A stretch of 64,000 nt of DNA from Methanomassiliicoccales archaeon (GTDB lineage: Archaea; Thermoplasmatota; Thermoplasmata; Methanomassiliicoccales; UBA472). The position numbers and the translations under genes were made by a program. The notes beneath the pieces are model-generated. The model was not told the DNA's origin. It saw nothing but the letters and a program-made list of their open reading frames with translations, and did not search any database. The DNA is taken from contig JAVBWG010000011.1 in NCBI GenBank assembly GCA_036677555.1, forward strand, positions 14,177 to 78,176, given 5' to 3'. Below, piece by piece: positions 27,373 through 37,778 of this stretch. How positions within the stretch are numbered: position 1 is the stretch's first letter; each line of letters starts with the position of its first letter.

Positions 27373-29808
27373 TTACATGAAGTCATCCAGCGACAACTTC
27401 TTGTCGGTCTTCTTGACCTGTTCCAACTTGATCTTCGGCCTATCCTGCTCGGGCGCATAGTCGAACAGGCTCGCCTGCTGGTTACCGTTCAGGAGGTCCT
27501 TCTCCCCCCAGCCGAACACTTCTGTGGCTCGGGACAGCGTCTGCGCCAGTCGTTCCGCGTAGTATCGGTAGTCGGGGGTGTAGGTGAACTCCTGGCCGGA
27601 GATGTACGGTTGTACTTCCTGCGGCTTCCTGCGGAAGTTGGTGACGATCCAAGAGACCTTCATCCCTGGCACGAACTCGTATCCCATCTCCATGAGCTTC
27701 TTCGCCGTCTGCACCGTGGCCTGGGCGTCCGGGTTGGCGTATTCGCTGAACTTGCGGCAGCCCTTGGAGATGACCAGCTTTTCCAGCGGCACCTTGCCGG
27801 CCAGGGTGTCCTGCACGTAGCCTCGGGCGGCCTTCACCGCCTCATCGGTCTTCCCGTCCATGATGAACTCGAAAACGGTCATCAGCGACTCGGACTGCAG
27901 GTCGAAGGAGTCGGTGCGGCGCACCTCGTAGCCGCGGATGACCAGCTCCTCCTTGGGCCAGACCATCCGGCCCACGTAACGCTTCTTCTTGCCGTGCGAG
28001 AACAGCGGCTCCATGATCTTCTCGAACTCCAGCGAGCCGCCCTCCTTGGAGAAACGGGCCGCCAGCTCCTTGCCGAAGTTCAGGGATCCCTCCAGATCCT
28101 CGTGCGGGGATTGGACGAACACCGAGTCTGTGTCCGAATATATCACGTTCACCCCCTCGTCCGTAAGTGATCTGATGATGCCCTTGGTGGTCTCCCGGGC
28201 GAAGGCGGTTATGCTTCCCCCGATGGAACGGTCGGTGAAGCGGTAGAAGGAGGAGGCGAAAACGCCATAGAAGGAGTTCATGAGGATCTTTATCGCCCCC
28301 TGCAATCCGTCGTAGTAGTGAGCCTCTTCAGGGTCCTTGGCCTTCTTCGCCAACGACTTCGTCTCATCCCTGCGGCGCATGAGGTCCGCCAGTATGGACG
28401 GCAGGATCCCCGGTTGCTGCTCCTTGCTCAGGAAGTGCACGCCCAGAGGTGAGACTATCGTCCCCCGGTCGTCGCGGGTGGTGAAGCAGATGTTCCTTGA
28501 TATGATGAGGCTGGGGTACATGGACTTGAAGTCCAGGACGCACACCCAATGGTAGACGCCTGGCGATATCTCGTGCACATAGCCGCCCTCGATGGCGTTC
28601 TCCTCATCGTCGTCGTAATTTCCGGTCAACGGCACGGCCACCTGCGGCGCGTGGCGGTCGGCGGCCCGGATCATTATGGCATCGATGAGCTGCGAGGAAC
28701 CGGAATTGAGCACATCATCCACCGGCATCCGGGACACCGCCGCAAGGTCCATCCCCTTCCGGATACGGCCGACCTTGCCCAGGATCTTAAGCGCCAGCTC
28801 AGCGTCGCGGGTGCAGTACGCAAGGACCTTGTCCCGGTTGTTCATCCATTCCTTGTCTATGGCCCGGGGATCGTAGTCCTCCCCGACCTTCATCTTCATG
28901 TCCACGTCCAGCTTCTCTTCGCCCAGCAGCGATTTGGAGACCGCGTTCAACGTTTCCTGCTTGGGCTTGATCTCGATCTTGACCGCCCACCAGGCGTCCG
29001 CTATCAGCCGACCGGTGCAGCGCCAGAACTTGTTCATGACCCGGCGGGGGTTGGAGCGGTCGCGGCCCCATTTCAGCTCATCCATGCCATACTTCTTTGC
29101 CCGCTCCATGATGAACGGGATGTCGTAGCCGTCGATGTTGTAGCCGGTTATGACATCCGGGTCCTCCATCTGGATGACCTCGGTGAACCTCTCGATCATC
29201 TCCTTCTCCGTTCCGACCACTGGTTCGCCGGACCTGATCCCGCCCTCGTCCTTTATGACGTAGCAGATGGTGTAGATCGTCTCGTCGGTGATGGAGTTCT
29301 CGATGTCGAAGCTGAGGATCTTGAGCTTCGGCGTGAAAGGTGGTATCTCAGTGAAGCCGCGCAGGTTGACCACCAGGTCGGTGGTGTAATCTCCCTTGAT
29401 CTCCTCCCCGCGGGCCGTGAAGCAGGCCGGGAGATCGTTATCGTAAATGAAGCGATGATGGAACGGTATGTCGGCCGCGAAGACCTCCATCCCCTGGCGC
29501 TTCAGCTCGCTGCGGTACTGCGGCACCGCCCAGGGGAACTTGATGATGACCTTGGAGCACTTCTGCACCCGGCCTTTGCTGATGAGGAAGAGGTCCAATC
29601 CCTCGATCCCCAGGAAGTCGTCCTTGCCCTGTACGTACGGGAGGACATCCTCCGGCGGCGCCGCGACATGGAAGTAGGGACGGAAGCCGGTCTTGCGCAT
29701 GGTTATCGAGCGGCCGTCGCGGGTCTTGCCGAACAGTTCGACCACTATGCTGTCGTTGTCCCCCTTAGAATATGAGGCGGTCAGGAGCCGGACGTCCCAT
29801 TCGCCCAT
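27373..29808 (-). CDS. polB: Family B DNA polymerase
   Basis: Exo motif LSFDIEN, KILMNSFYGV, YSDTDSVFV; 811 aa; no intein. Confidence 0.95.
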   Translation of the reverse strand: MGEWDVRLLTASYSKGDNDSIVVELFGKTRDGRSITMRKTGFRPYFHVAAPPEDVLPYVQGKDDFLGIEGLDLFLISKGRVQKCSKVIIKFPWAVPQYRSELKRQGMEVFAADIPFHHRFIYDNDLPACFTARGEEIKGDYTTDLVVNLRGFTEIPPFTPKLKILSFDIENSITDETIYTICYVIKDEGGIRSGEPVVGTEKEMIERFTEVIQMEDPDVITGYNIDGYDIPFIMERAKKYGMDELKWGRDRSNPRRVMNKFWRCTGRLIADAWWAVKIEIKPKQETLNAVSKSLLGEEKLDVDMKMKVGEDYDPRAIDKEWMNNRDKVLAYCTRDAELALKILGKVGRIRKGMDLAAVSRMPVDDVLNSGSSQLIDAIMIRAADRHAPQVAVPLTGNYDDDEENAIEGGYVHEISPGVYHWVCVLDFKSMYPSLIISRNICFTTRDDRGTIVSPLGVHFLSKEQQPGILPSILADLMRRRDETKSLAKKAKDPEEAHYYDGLQGAIKILMNSFYGVFASSFYRFTDRSIGGSITAFARETTKGIIRSLTDEGVNVIYSDTDSVFVQSPHEDLEGSLNFGKELAARFSKEGGSLEFEKIMEPLFSHGKKKRYVGRMVWPKEELVIRGYEVRRTDSFDLQSESLMTVFEFIMDGKTDEAVKAARGYVQDTLAGKVPLEKLVISKGCRKFSEYANPDAQATVQTAKKLMEMGYEFVPGMKVSWIVTNFRRKPQEVQPYISGQEFTYTPDYRYYAERLAQTLSRATEVFGWGEKDLLNGNQQASLFDYAPEQDRPKIKLEQVKKTDKKLSLDDFM

Positions 29809-29810
29809 CT

Positions 29811-31001
29811 CTACCTCTTGGCCACTATGGTCATCACGTCCTCGTTCTCCAGCAGGTGGTCGTGGCCGACGACGCGGTGCGTGCGCGCGTTGATGGCCCG
29901 GATGAAGTTGTCGCCCAGGTCCGTATGCACCTTGTATGCCAGGTCCTTGGCGTTGCTCCCCTTTCGGAGCAGGAAGGCGTCCGGGAGCACCCGGCCGTCG
30001 TGGTCGGTCAGATGCGTCTCATCCTCCACCGGGTAGACCACGATCTGATCTAGCAGGTCGTAGGTCACCGTCTCCAGGCACCTCTGGATGCCGGTGCCGT
30101 CATACCTGGCCATCACCTGGGCCATGAAATCCAGGGCCTTCTTCTGATTGGGGCTGAGCTTGGCGGGGTCGTTGACCTTGAATCCCTTGTCGCCCGGGAC
30201 GTAGGTGACCAATCCGGCCTTGGCCGCTCGACGCAGCGCGAGCTCCGTCTCCGCGCAGGTGGGGACGGTCAGGTATCCCTCCAGCGCGCTCAGCCTCTTG
30301 ATCGTCTCAGGGTCCGCGGCGTCCGCCTTGTTGAGGGCGATGACCATCGGTTTGCTCAGCATCCTGATGTTGGCCGCCAGGCGGTACAGGTCCTCGTCCT
30401 TCCAGTCTATGATCTTATTGGGCATCTCCGAGGCGCGGAGGGCGGCGGACACCTGCGCTTCGGTCACCCCGAGCCCGGTCAGCCGCTCATGGATGACCAG
30501 TTCGATCTTCTGCCCCTCCAGATGCGCGCCGCGGGCCAGCTTGTCGAACCCCTTCATCATGATGCCCTTGATCCACTGGTTGATCTCCCTCTCCAGGAAC
30601 ACCAGGTCCTCCACCGGGTCATGGCTGCCGGGCTTAACGGCGTTCCCCTCGGCGTCCGTGGACCCGCTGGCATCGACCACGTGAATGAAGGCGTCCGCCT
30701 GCCGCAGATCGTCCAGGAACTGGTTCCCCAGGCCCTTTCCCTGGCAGGCATCTGGCACAAGCCCCGCCACGTCCAACAGTTCGATGGGCACCAGACGCAC
30801 CCCGTTCTCACAGGCCGAGTTCCGGGGATTGCACTTGACGTCGAAGTCCAGGTGAGGACATTTGGAACGGACGTACCCCATGCCCTTGTTCGGCTTGATG
30901 GTGGTGAACGGGTAGTTCGCTATCTCCGCGGTGGCCATGGTGGCGGCGGAGAAGAAGGTGGACTTCCCGACGTTGGGTTTGCCGACGATTCCGATCAACA
31001 T
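29811..31001 (-). CDS. ychF: Obg-like ATPase YchF/OLA1 family
   Basis: MLIGIVGKPNVGKSTFF P-loop at ATG 31001 (the track TTG at 31034 is less likely). The stop lies 2 nt before the polB ATG. Confidence 0.85.
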   Translation of the reverse strand: MLIGIVGKPNVGKSTFFSAATMATAEIANYPFTTIKPNKGMGYVRSKCPHLDFDVKCNPRNSACENGVRLVPIELLDVAGLVPDACQGKGLGNQFLDDLRQADAFIHVVDASGSTDAEGNAVKPGSHDPVEDLVFLEREINQWIKGIMMKGFDKLARGAHLEGQKIELVIHERLTGLGVTEAQVSAALRASEMPNKIIDWKDEDLYRLAANIRMLSKPMVIALNKADAADPETIKRLSALEGYLTVPTCAETELALRRAAKAGLVTYVPGDKGFKVNDPAKLSPNQKKALDFMAQVMARYDGTGIQRCLETVTYDLLDQIVVYPVEDETHLTDHDGRVLPDAFLLRKGSNAKDLAYKVHTDLGDNFIRAINARTHRVVGHDHLLENEDVMTIVAKR

Positions 31002-31125
31002 TGTGTTCCCTACTCCATGCAACTCCTTGGACAATAGCGTTTCCCATTATTACGTTTTGATTCCCTTACCAATAACGTTAAAGCTGGTCTTTCTGGTTCT
31101 CGTTGCCAGAGGCAAACCCTCGATC

Positions 31126-33624
31126 ATGGCCCAAGATCGCATCACGGTCCTCTATGTCGATGACGAGGAGGACATATTGGACATAACGCACGAATTCCTG
31201 GCGTTGGACGGCATCGAGTCCAGGACCACCACCGATCCCATGTTGGCAAGACGGTTGTTGGACGAAGAGGAGTTCGACGTGCTGATATCGGACTACCAGA
31301 TGCCGACCATGGACGGTCTGGTGCTTCTCAATTCCCTGCGCAAGGACGGCATCAGCATCCCATTCATCCTCTTCACCGGGAAGGGAAGGGAGGACGTGGC
31401 CATCCACGCCCTGAACAGCGGGGCGGACTTCTACCTGCAGAAGGGCGGAGATCCGAGGTCCCAGTTCGCCGAGCTATCCAATATGGTCAGGGCCTGCTCG
31501 GAACGGACCCGGCAGAGGCGGCTGATCACCCGCTTCACAGATATTGTCAAGAACGTGCAGTCCGCCCTGATGGCCTTCCACCTGGACCCGGAGAGCGGCC
31601 GGCTGATGCTCAACATGGCCAATCCCCGGGCCGACAAGCTCATCAAAGCGCTACACGGTAAAAAAGATCAGGACCTGGACGGGGTCGTTCCCGGCCTGTT
31701 CAGCGAGGCGGAGAAGGAACGACTGCTGGAACTGGCGTCGGGGGACGGCCCGCCGCTCAAGGCCGTCTGGGATGGGGTCCTGGGCGGCAAGACCCGTTTT
31801 CTCCAGATAGTGTCGTTCTCCCTGCCTGGAACGATGGTGGGGGTCATCGTCAACGAGATCACCGCCATAGCCATGGCCGAACAGAGGATGGCCTGGGCGG
31901 AGGAGAAGTACAGGAGCTTCTTCCACAGCGGCTACCTGCCCATGGTTGTGGCGGACAACGAGAACAAGCTCATCGTGGAGGTGAACGACCGCTTCTGCGA
32001 TTTCTATGGATACAGGCGGGAGGAGATCATCGGTCAGCCGCTGATCGCTATCTCCGCTGAACCGGAGGCCACGCTGGAAACATTGGAGAGAGTCCGGCAG
32101 ATCGGGCTGAAGGTGGTCCATACCAGATACCATCGCCGCAAGGACGGGGGGCTGATGCCCGTGCAGACCATATACGGGCGGATGGTCAGTGAAGGCAGAG
32201 AAATGGTCACAGGGATCGTGCTGGACATCAGCGAGCGCCTGGAGAGCGAGTCCAAGCTGCGAACGCTGTCCAAGGCCGTGGAGAACAGCCCGGTGACCAT
32301 CATGATAACCGACCCCCGCGGACTCATCGAATATGTCAATCCCAAGTTCACCTCCCTGACCGGATACGCGCTGGATGAGGTCAGGGGAAGGAAGCCTGGC
32401 CTACTCTCCTCCGACCGCAACCGCCGTGAGATGTACGACGAGTTATGGAGCGCCATACTGGCCGGGAGGACCTGGAAGGGGGAGTTCGCCAACCGGAAGA
32501 AGAACGGCGAACCGTACTGGGAATCGGCCTCCATATCCCCCATCCTCGACCCGAACGGGAACGTGGAACACTATGTCGCGGTCAAGGAGGACATCACGGA
32601 GGCCAAATCCCTGGCCGACCAGAACGCCCACCTCTCGGAGATGGTGACCAGGGCGGTCAACGAGATCTATTCCTTTTATCCGGATACGCTTCGCTTCGAG
32701 TTCGTCAACCGGTCGGCCCTCGACAATCTGGGATACACCATGGAGGAGATGCGGTCCATGGACCCGTTGGACCTCAAGAAGGACATTTCCCATGATAGAT
32801 TCCACGACCTGCTGGAAAGATTGCGCTCCGGAAAGGAGGCGGTGGTGCAGTTCGAGACCACCCACCTGAGGAGGGACGGCACCAAGTACCCGGTGGAGGT
32901 GCACCTGCAGCTGGTGGGCGAGGAAGGGGAGAAGAGGTTCCTGGCCATCATCATAGACATAACTTACCGCAAGCGCATGCAGGAGGACCTGGAGAGGCTG
33001 AGCGAGAAGGCCAAGGTGCTTGGGGCCCTGACCCGCCACGACATCGGGAACCAGATGTCCGTGCTGCTCGGAAACCTGGAGATGATGGCGATGAGGAACG
33101 GGACCGGGGACCGCCACACCCAGGCCGCCACCAAGGCCGCCCATCGCATCCAGCAGTACCTGGAGTTCTCGGAGACCTTCGACAGGGCGGGAAGCGTCTC
33201 TCCGGAATGGCAGGACCTGGGCGAGACAATCGCCGACTCCTGGGTGGGGACTGGGAATGAGAACGTGGAGGTCGTCTCGAACATACCTCCTTTGCAAGTG
33301 CTTGCCGATACTATGTTCCCCAAGGTCTTCGATAACCTTTTCGCCAATTCCCTGCGCCACGCCGGAGGGATGTCCAGGATAAGCATCGATTGGCGGGAGG
33401 ACGGTGGCGCCGGACGCATCATTTACCGGGACGACGGTCCGGGGATCCCTGACCATGTCCGCCCCATCCTGTTCTCCAAGCCGTACGAGGGTACCAAGGG
33501 GCTCGGCCTGTTCCTGATACGCGAGGTCCTCAAGGCCACCGGGATGGACATCGAGGAATGCGGCAAGGCGGGAGACGGCGTTTGCTTCGTGATCTCCGTC
33601 CCTGCGCCCAACTGGCGTTGGTGA
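31126..33624 (+). CDS. Hybrid sensor histidine kinase: N-terminal receiver, multiple PAS domains, HisKA-like + HATPase_c
   Basis: REC domain (ITVLYVDDEE...DVLISDYQMPTMDG...FTGKG). At least three PAS cores (e.g. NPKFTSLTGY...WKGEFANRKKNG). H-box LTRHDIGNQM. DDGPGIP and GTKGLGLFL. ATG 31126; the track start at 30931 is upstream read-through. Confidence 0.85.
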   Translation: MAQDRITVLYVDDEEDILDITHEFLALDGIESRTTTDPMLARRLLDEEEFDVLISDYQMPTMDGLVLLNSLRKDGISIPFILFTGKGREDVAIHALNSGADFYLQKGGDPRSQFAELSNMVRACSERTRQRRLITRFTDIVKNVQSALMAFHLDPESGRLMLNMANPRADKLIKALHGKKDQDLDGVVPGLFSEAEKERLLELASGDGPPLKAVWDGVLGGKTRFLQIVSFSLPGTMVGVIVNEITAIAMAEQRMAWAEEKYRSFFHSGYLPMVVADNENKLIVEVNDRFCDFYGYRREEIIGQPLIAISAEPEATLETLERVRQIGLKVVHTRYHRRKDGGLMPVQTIYGRMVSEGREMVTGIVLDISERLESESKLRTLSKAVENSPVTIMITDPRGLIEYVNPKFTSLTGYALDEVRGRKPGLLSSDRNRREMYDELWSAILAGRTWKGEFANRKKNGEPYWESASISPILDPNGNVEHYVAVKEDITEAKSLADQNAHLSEMVTRAVNEIYSFYPDTLRFEFVNRSALDNLGYTMEEMRSMDPLDLKKDISHDRFHDLLERLRSGKEAVVQFETTHLRRDGTKYPVEVHLQLVGEEGEKRFLAIIIDITYRKRMQEDLERLSEKAKVLGALTRHDIGNQMSVLLGNLEMMAMRNGTGDRHTQAATKAAHRIQQYLEFSETFDRAGSVSPEWQDLGETIADSWVGTGNENVEVVSNIPPLQVLADTMFPKVFDNLFANSLRHAGGMSRISIDWREDGGAGRIIYRDDGPGIPDHVRPILFSKPYEGTKGLGLFLIREVLKATGMDIEECGKAGDGVCFVISVPAPNWRW

Positions 33625-33626
33625 GG

Positions 33627-34430
33627 TCAGCGCCTCGGGAACGCCACCTCCTTCCTCTTGGTCAGGAAGGAACCGTCCAGGTCGCCGATAATCCGCCTGG
33701 CCACGGGCAGCGGGATGCCGATCGACATCATTCCAGGCGGCATCCATTCGTTGCCGGTGGGGTCGACCGGACCGACGACCGTCATGCTATCTGGAAGGTT
33801 GGGGCTCATGCCGGCGGGATAGCTCAGGAAGGACGCGCAGCTCGGACCCCATGGCACGCCGGCGGAGGTGAAGGCCTCCGGCGTTCCGTAATGATGCAGG
33901 GCCAGGATGTTCCGGGTCTGCTCGGCGCCCGCGAAGAGCAGCAGAGCCCTAGGGTTCCCCATCCCTTCCTGGTAGTTCCGGCAGGCGATGAGGCAAAGGT
34001 GCTCCTGGGGCGGCCGCATGCGACCGACACGGGAAAGGCTGGCCATCACCATCTCCGGGTCCCTTTTAAGGTATTCCGCCTCACCGCCGCGGAAGGTCGG
34101 GCTTCCACAGGAGATGAAATGCCTGAGCCCCTCGGACATCTCGGACAGTCCGGTCCAGAACAGGCCGCCCGGGCAAACCCCCCTGCGAGAATCGGGTCCG
34201 ATGTGCAAGGGCCCGAACTTCCCCTTGGCGCATAGGAATGCGGCCTTGGCCAGGCAGCGGTCCACCTGGCCGAAAGGCGTGCTTCCCTCGGGTGCGCGGC
34301 CGCTTTCGAACACGCACAGGGGAGTGGTCTCCAGATGCGCCGCTTCCGCAAGTCTTCGTCCCATCTCAGCGACCGAGGGTCCGGCATCATCGCTCATGGA
34401 CGGGAATCGATGGAGGGGAGCATCAATCAT
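33627..34430 (-). CDS. DUF169 family protein
   Basis: Cys-rich pattern with ...VPWGPSCASFLSYP... typical of DUF169. ATGA overlap with the ksgA stop. Confidence 0.65.
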   Translation of the reverse strand: MIDAPLHRFPSMSDDAGPSVAEMGRRLAEAAHLETTPLCVFESGRAPEGSTPFGQVDRCLAKAAFLCAKGKFGPLHIGPDSRRGVCPGGLFWTGLSEMSEGLRHFISCGSPTFRGGEAEYLKRDPEMVMASLSRVGRMRPPQEHLCLIACRNYQEGMGNPRALLLFAGAEQTRNILALHHYGTPEAFTSAGVPWGPSCASFLSYPAGMSPNLPDSMTVVGPVDPTGNEWMPPGMMSIGIPLPVARRIIGDLDGSFLTKRKEVAFPRR

Positions 34431-35218
34431 TCCCCTGCCCGAACGAGGGCGTCGGACAGCTGGGCGATCATCTCCGGCGTCAGCCTCTCCACCCTCTCGT
34501 CCAGGTAAGGTATTCCTTCCCGGAGTTCGGGAAGCATCCGCTTCTGCTTCAGTACCGTCCCGATCTTCTTCCGGCGCTGCTGGAAAAGAACGTCCACCAG
34601 CTTCAGGAAGTGTCTCTCGTCAATGACCGGGAAGGGGGCCGGACGGGGGATGAGGACCACCACCGTGGAATCCACCTCCGGCTCAGGCCAGAAGCGGGAA
34701 CGGGGCACGTTCTCCAGCAGCCTGCATTCCGCCCGGTAGTATACGTTGACCGAGAGCCGGGAGTACTCCTTGTCCTCCGGCGTGGCGGCCATGCGCTCGG
34801 CGAACTCCCTCTGGACCATTATGACCGCCCGCTTGAAGTCCATCTCCAGGAGGTGGAAGAGCAGCGGAGAGGAGATGCTGTACGGGACGTTCGATATGAA
34901 CAGATCGAACCCAGGCGGAACGATCTCCAGAAAGTCGCCCTGGACCACCTCCATCTGCGGGAACGTGTCGCGAAGATAGCGCACCGCCCCCTCCTCGATC
35001 TCGATGGCTGTGACTTTAGCCGTTCTTTCAAGGAGAGCCTGGGTGAGTATCCCGAAACCCGGACCGACCTCCAGGACGCGGTCCTCATCGGTGATGCCGA
35101 GATATTCCACCTCGCGTTCGGCCACCCTCCGGTCGATGAGATAGTTCTGCCCCTTGGACTTCGAGGGGCGCACGCCGTACCTATCCAGAAGGGAGCGCAG
35201 CTCCCCGATGCTTATCAT
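34427..35218 (-). CDS. ksgA: 16S rRNA (adenine-N6,N6)-dimethyltransferase KsgA/RsmA/Dim1
   Basis: KGQNYLID, VLEVGPGFGILT, SNVPYSISSPLL. Confidence 0.9.
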   Translation of the reverse strand: MISIGELRSLLDRYGVRPSKSKGQNYLIDRRVAEREVEYLGITDEDRVLEVGPGFGILTQALLERTAKVTAIEIEEGAVRYLRDTFPQMEVVQGDFLEIVPPGFDLFISNVPYSISSPLLFHLLEMDFKRAVIMVQREFAERMAATPEDKEYSRLSVNVYYRAECRLLENVPRSRFWPEPEVDSTVVVLIPRPAPFPVIDERHFLKLVDVLFQQRRKKIGTVLKQKRMLPELREGIPYLDERVERLTPEMIAQLSDALVRAGE

Positions 35219-35219
35219 C

Positions 35220-35768
35220 TCAGCGGGAGACGAAGACGCGGTACTTCTGGGTGGGATCGGCCAGCTCGACCTCTATGCGCTTGGCCACGACCTTCTCGGG
35301 ATGCTTGAAGGTCGGCAACCGGGTGGCGATGTCGGCGAAGGATTTGAACGGCCCCTTCTTCCTCTCGTCCAGAATGGCCAGCATGGTCTTCTTGCCCAGG
35401 CCGGGCAGGAGCTCCAGCACGTGGTAGCGGGTGGTTATGGCCTCCGACTCGTTGAAGAACTTGACGTAGTGCTCCTCGTTCTCCCTGACGACCTCCACGA
35501 TCACGAAGGGGAGCTCGTTCTGGGAGCCGGCGTTCAGCTCCTCGAAGCCCACCCGGCGCTTGACGTGCAGGATCTTGTCGCGCTTGTCCATGTCCTTTCC
35601 GATGTAGACCACCTCGCCGGGCGAGATGATGACCCCGGGCTTGGGCACAAGCTCGAACAGCTTCAGCTCGGTGCTGCCAAGGGCATACGCTACCGGTTCC
35701 TTCCTGAATCCTCTCTCCGTAGGCAGTCCCTGCGGTAGATAATCTAGAATGTGGGCGTAGTCCTCCAA
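35220..35768 (-). CDS. DUF655 family putative RNA-binding protein
   Basis: MEDYAHILDYLPQG...HVLELLPGLGKKTMLAILDERKKGPF (HhH). Conserved neighbour of rpoF/ksgA in archaea. Confidence 0.7.
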   Translation of the reverse strand: MEDYAHILDYLPQGLPTERGFRKEPVAYALGSTELKLFELVPKPGVIISPGEVVYIGKDMDKRDKILHVKRRVGFEELNAGSQNELPFVIVEVVRENEEHYVKFFNESEAITTRYHVLELLPGLGKKTMLAILDERKKGPFKSFADIATRLPTFKHPEKVVAKRIEVELADPTQKYRVFVSR

Positions 35769-35780
35769 AGCAACACCAGC

Positions 35781-36122
35781 CTAAAGGTATTCGTTCACCA
35801 ATTTAATAATCTGCTCGCCCTGCTTCTTGTCGAGCACCCGCCTCTCCTTCTGGAATATCAGGCGGACGTCGTCGAAGTGGGTGGGCAACAGATCGGTGAT
35901 CTTGACCGCCACTGCCTCTGCGTTGTTAAGGTCGGCCACGAACTCCAGTTCAAGCAGCTTCCCCTTCAGCTCCCTAGCCTGCTCGGCGCCCATCTTGGCG
36001 CCTTTGGCGTGCTCCAAGGCCAGCTTCTGCTCGGGGGTGAACTCCCGGGAATCAGCTTCAGCCTCCAGCAGCTCCTTTACCTCGGCCAGGGTGACGTAGC
36101 GATCCTTGGACATTGTCATCAC
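35781..36122 (-). CDS. rpoF: DNA-directed RNA polymerase subunit F (Rpo4)
   Basis: YVTLAEVKELLE...EQKLALEHAK pattern; size and position between rpl21e and the DUF655 gene. Confidence 0.75.
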   Translation of the reverse strand: MMTMSKDRYVTLAEVKELLEAEADSREFTPEQKLALEHAKGAKMGAEQARELKGKLLELEFVADLNNAEAVAVKITDLLPTHFDDVRLIFQKERRVLDKKQGEQIIKLVNEYL

Positions 36123-36124
36123 CG

Positions 36125-36421
36125 TCAGTTCTTGACCTTGCGCATGTGCTCAGGCCGGGACACGACGGTCTTGTATTTGTCGCCGTCCCTCACGGACAGC
36201 ACGTAGGCGCGTCCCTGGGCGGCCTTGACCGTCCCGGTCTTGCCGTGGAAGCGTATGTGCGGCGCGCCCTTTACAATGCTGGGGTCCAGGTGTATGTGGG
36301 CCTGCTCCCCGACGTCGAACTGAACGAACTCGTGAGTGATGGGGGAAAGTCCGCGGGCCCTGGGGCTCTTCTTGAGGATGTTCCTGCCTTTCCGCCTCAA
36401 ACCGTGCGATGCTTTTACCAT
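36125..36421 (-). CDS. rpl21e: 50S ribosomal protein L21e
   Basis: MVKASHGLRRKGRNILKK...FHGKTGTV. Confidence 0.9.
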   Translation of the reverse strand: MVKASHGLRRKGRNILKKSPRARGLSPITHEFVQFDVGEQAHIHLDPSIVKGAPHIRFHGKTGTVKAAQGRAYVLSVRDGDKYKTVVSRPEHMRKVKN

Positions 36422-36423
36422 AT

Positions 36424-37677
36424 CTATACCTCGTTGCTGTCGATGACCCCGATCACGTCCAGGGCGTCCACGGTGCAGGGCGCTCCCAACATCTCCGAGA
36501 GATTGGGTTGCGTTCTTCCCTGGTCGCCGTGCACGAACTCCTTCACGTAGGTTCCTGACTCGGTGCGCAGGCGCAAGGTCATCCGGTCATCCTGGAATTC
36601 CTCCAGGACCACATAGACGATGTAGCGCTCGCGTTTCAGGTCCGCGCGTCGGTGGGACACCCTAACGGGCGTCCGCTGGACTATACGGGTTCTGTTGAAC
36701 GTGCGAAGGACCTCATTGACTCTCTCCTTATTAACTTTGCCGTGAATGGATACCTGTACCCGGTACTCCTTGTCGTGCGCCGAATCCTTAACCAGGCGCA
36801 CCTCTTCCCGGTCCGAGGGGCGCAACTGCTCCACCTCCACAAAGCCTTTCGCCTTCTCGTTGATCTCCTGCTGAATGGCGGCGAGGTCCAGACCACGCAC
36901 CACAGGCCAGGATATCTCTATGACGAAAGGGCGCCCGGTGCCCAGCATCAACGCGTCTATGTCCTCCCGGCCCATCCCGTGGAAGAAATGCTCCTTCCCC
37001 TTGGCGTAGGGCAGGATGACGTCCCCGATCTGCTCCTGCACGCTGGTCTGGTACATCTTGCCGGTGTTGCCGCAGCGCGGGCATCCCTTTCCCTGACAGA
37101 CCCGGCATGGCCACTTGGTCTGCGGGATCTCCCGGGACAGTTTCCTGTAACGGCCGTAGATGAACAGCGGGGCCACGTCCAGCTCCACGTGGGCGAAGCG
37201 GGTGTCCACGAGAGCTACGACCTGCGGGTTCTTGAACTCCACCGCCTTGCCGTTCATTGCGTAAACGGCCTTGCCGATCTCGCGGTTCAGCTCGGACTTG
37301 ATGGGCTCGGCGTGCTCCTGCCCCACCAAGGACCATAGCTCCTCCTCCTTCGCCTGCACCGCTGGGTCCACCCTTGTGCCGACCAGGAAGTTATCGTACT
37401 GGACCTCCTGAAGCTTGAGCGCCACGGCCTCGGCGAAACGGGGGACCTGATCGAATATCTCGTCGCATAGCCAGCACCTCTCGTGCTTCATCGGGGCGAG
37501 CCCGCGGGACGACCGGTCGAGATCGATCAGCGCCCGCAGCTCCTCACCGCGTTTCTGATTGGTCGTGCCGGTGCCCACGTGGGCGAACGGGCGCCCCAGG
37601 CAGTGGTCGCACAGGTCGCGGTCCTGTGCCTTCAGGGCTTGCTCGAGAACTTCCTTCATGGTCGTCCGGCCTACCAA
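36424..37677 (-). CDS. pus10: tRNA pseudouridine(54/55) synthase Pus10
   Basis: N-terminal CDHCLGR zinc motif, CRVCQGKGCPRCGNTG, THUMP-like middle, VSHRRADLKRER catalytic region. Confidence 0.85.
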   Translation of the reverse strand: MVGRTTMKEVLEQALKAQDRDLCDHCLGRPFAHVGTGTTNQKRGEELRALIDLDRSSRGLAPMKHERCWLCDEIFDQVPRFAEAVALKLQEVQYDNFLVGTRVDPAVQAKEEELWSLVGQEHAEPIKSELNREIGKAVYAMNGKAVEFKNPQVVALVDTRFAHVELDVAPLFIYGRYRKLSREIPQTKWPCRVCQGKGCPRCGNTGKMYQTSVQEQIGDVILPYAKGKEHFFHGMGREDIDALMLGTGRPFVIEISWPVVRGLDLAAIQQEINEKAKGFVEVEQLRPSDREEVRLVKDSAHDKEYRVQVSIHGKVNKERVNEVLRTFNRTRIVQRTPVRVSHRRADLKRERYIVYVVLEEFQDDRMTLRLRTESGTYVKEFVHGDQGRTQPNLSEMLGAPCTVDALDVIGVIDSNEV

Positions 37678-37778
37678 TTCGTTCTAATTAAAACATTCCC
37701 TTGACACAAGATCGCCGTTTTGCCACTTTCGATCTACCTGGGAAAAAGGGGAATTATCCCAAATTCGTGCTCTGATCA

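Noticed and set aside
27328-29775. 280-aa and 408-aa plus-strand ORFs (27328..28170, 28549..29775)
   Set aside because: Both are antisense to polB, which carries unambiguous family-B polymerase motifs. Their H/R/L/V-rich sequence lacks motifs.
32443-33747. 434-aa minus-strand ORF
   Set aside because: It is antisense to the PAS/histidine-kinase gene and is a shadow ORF.
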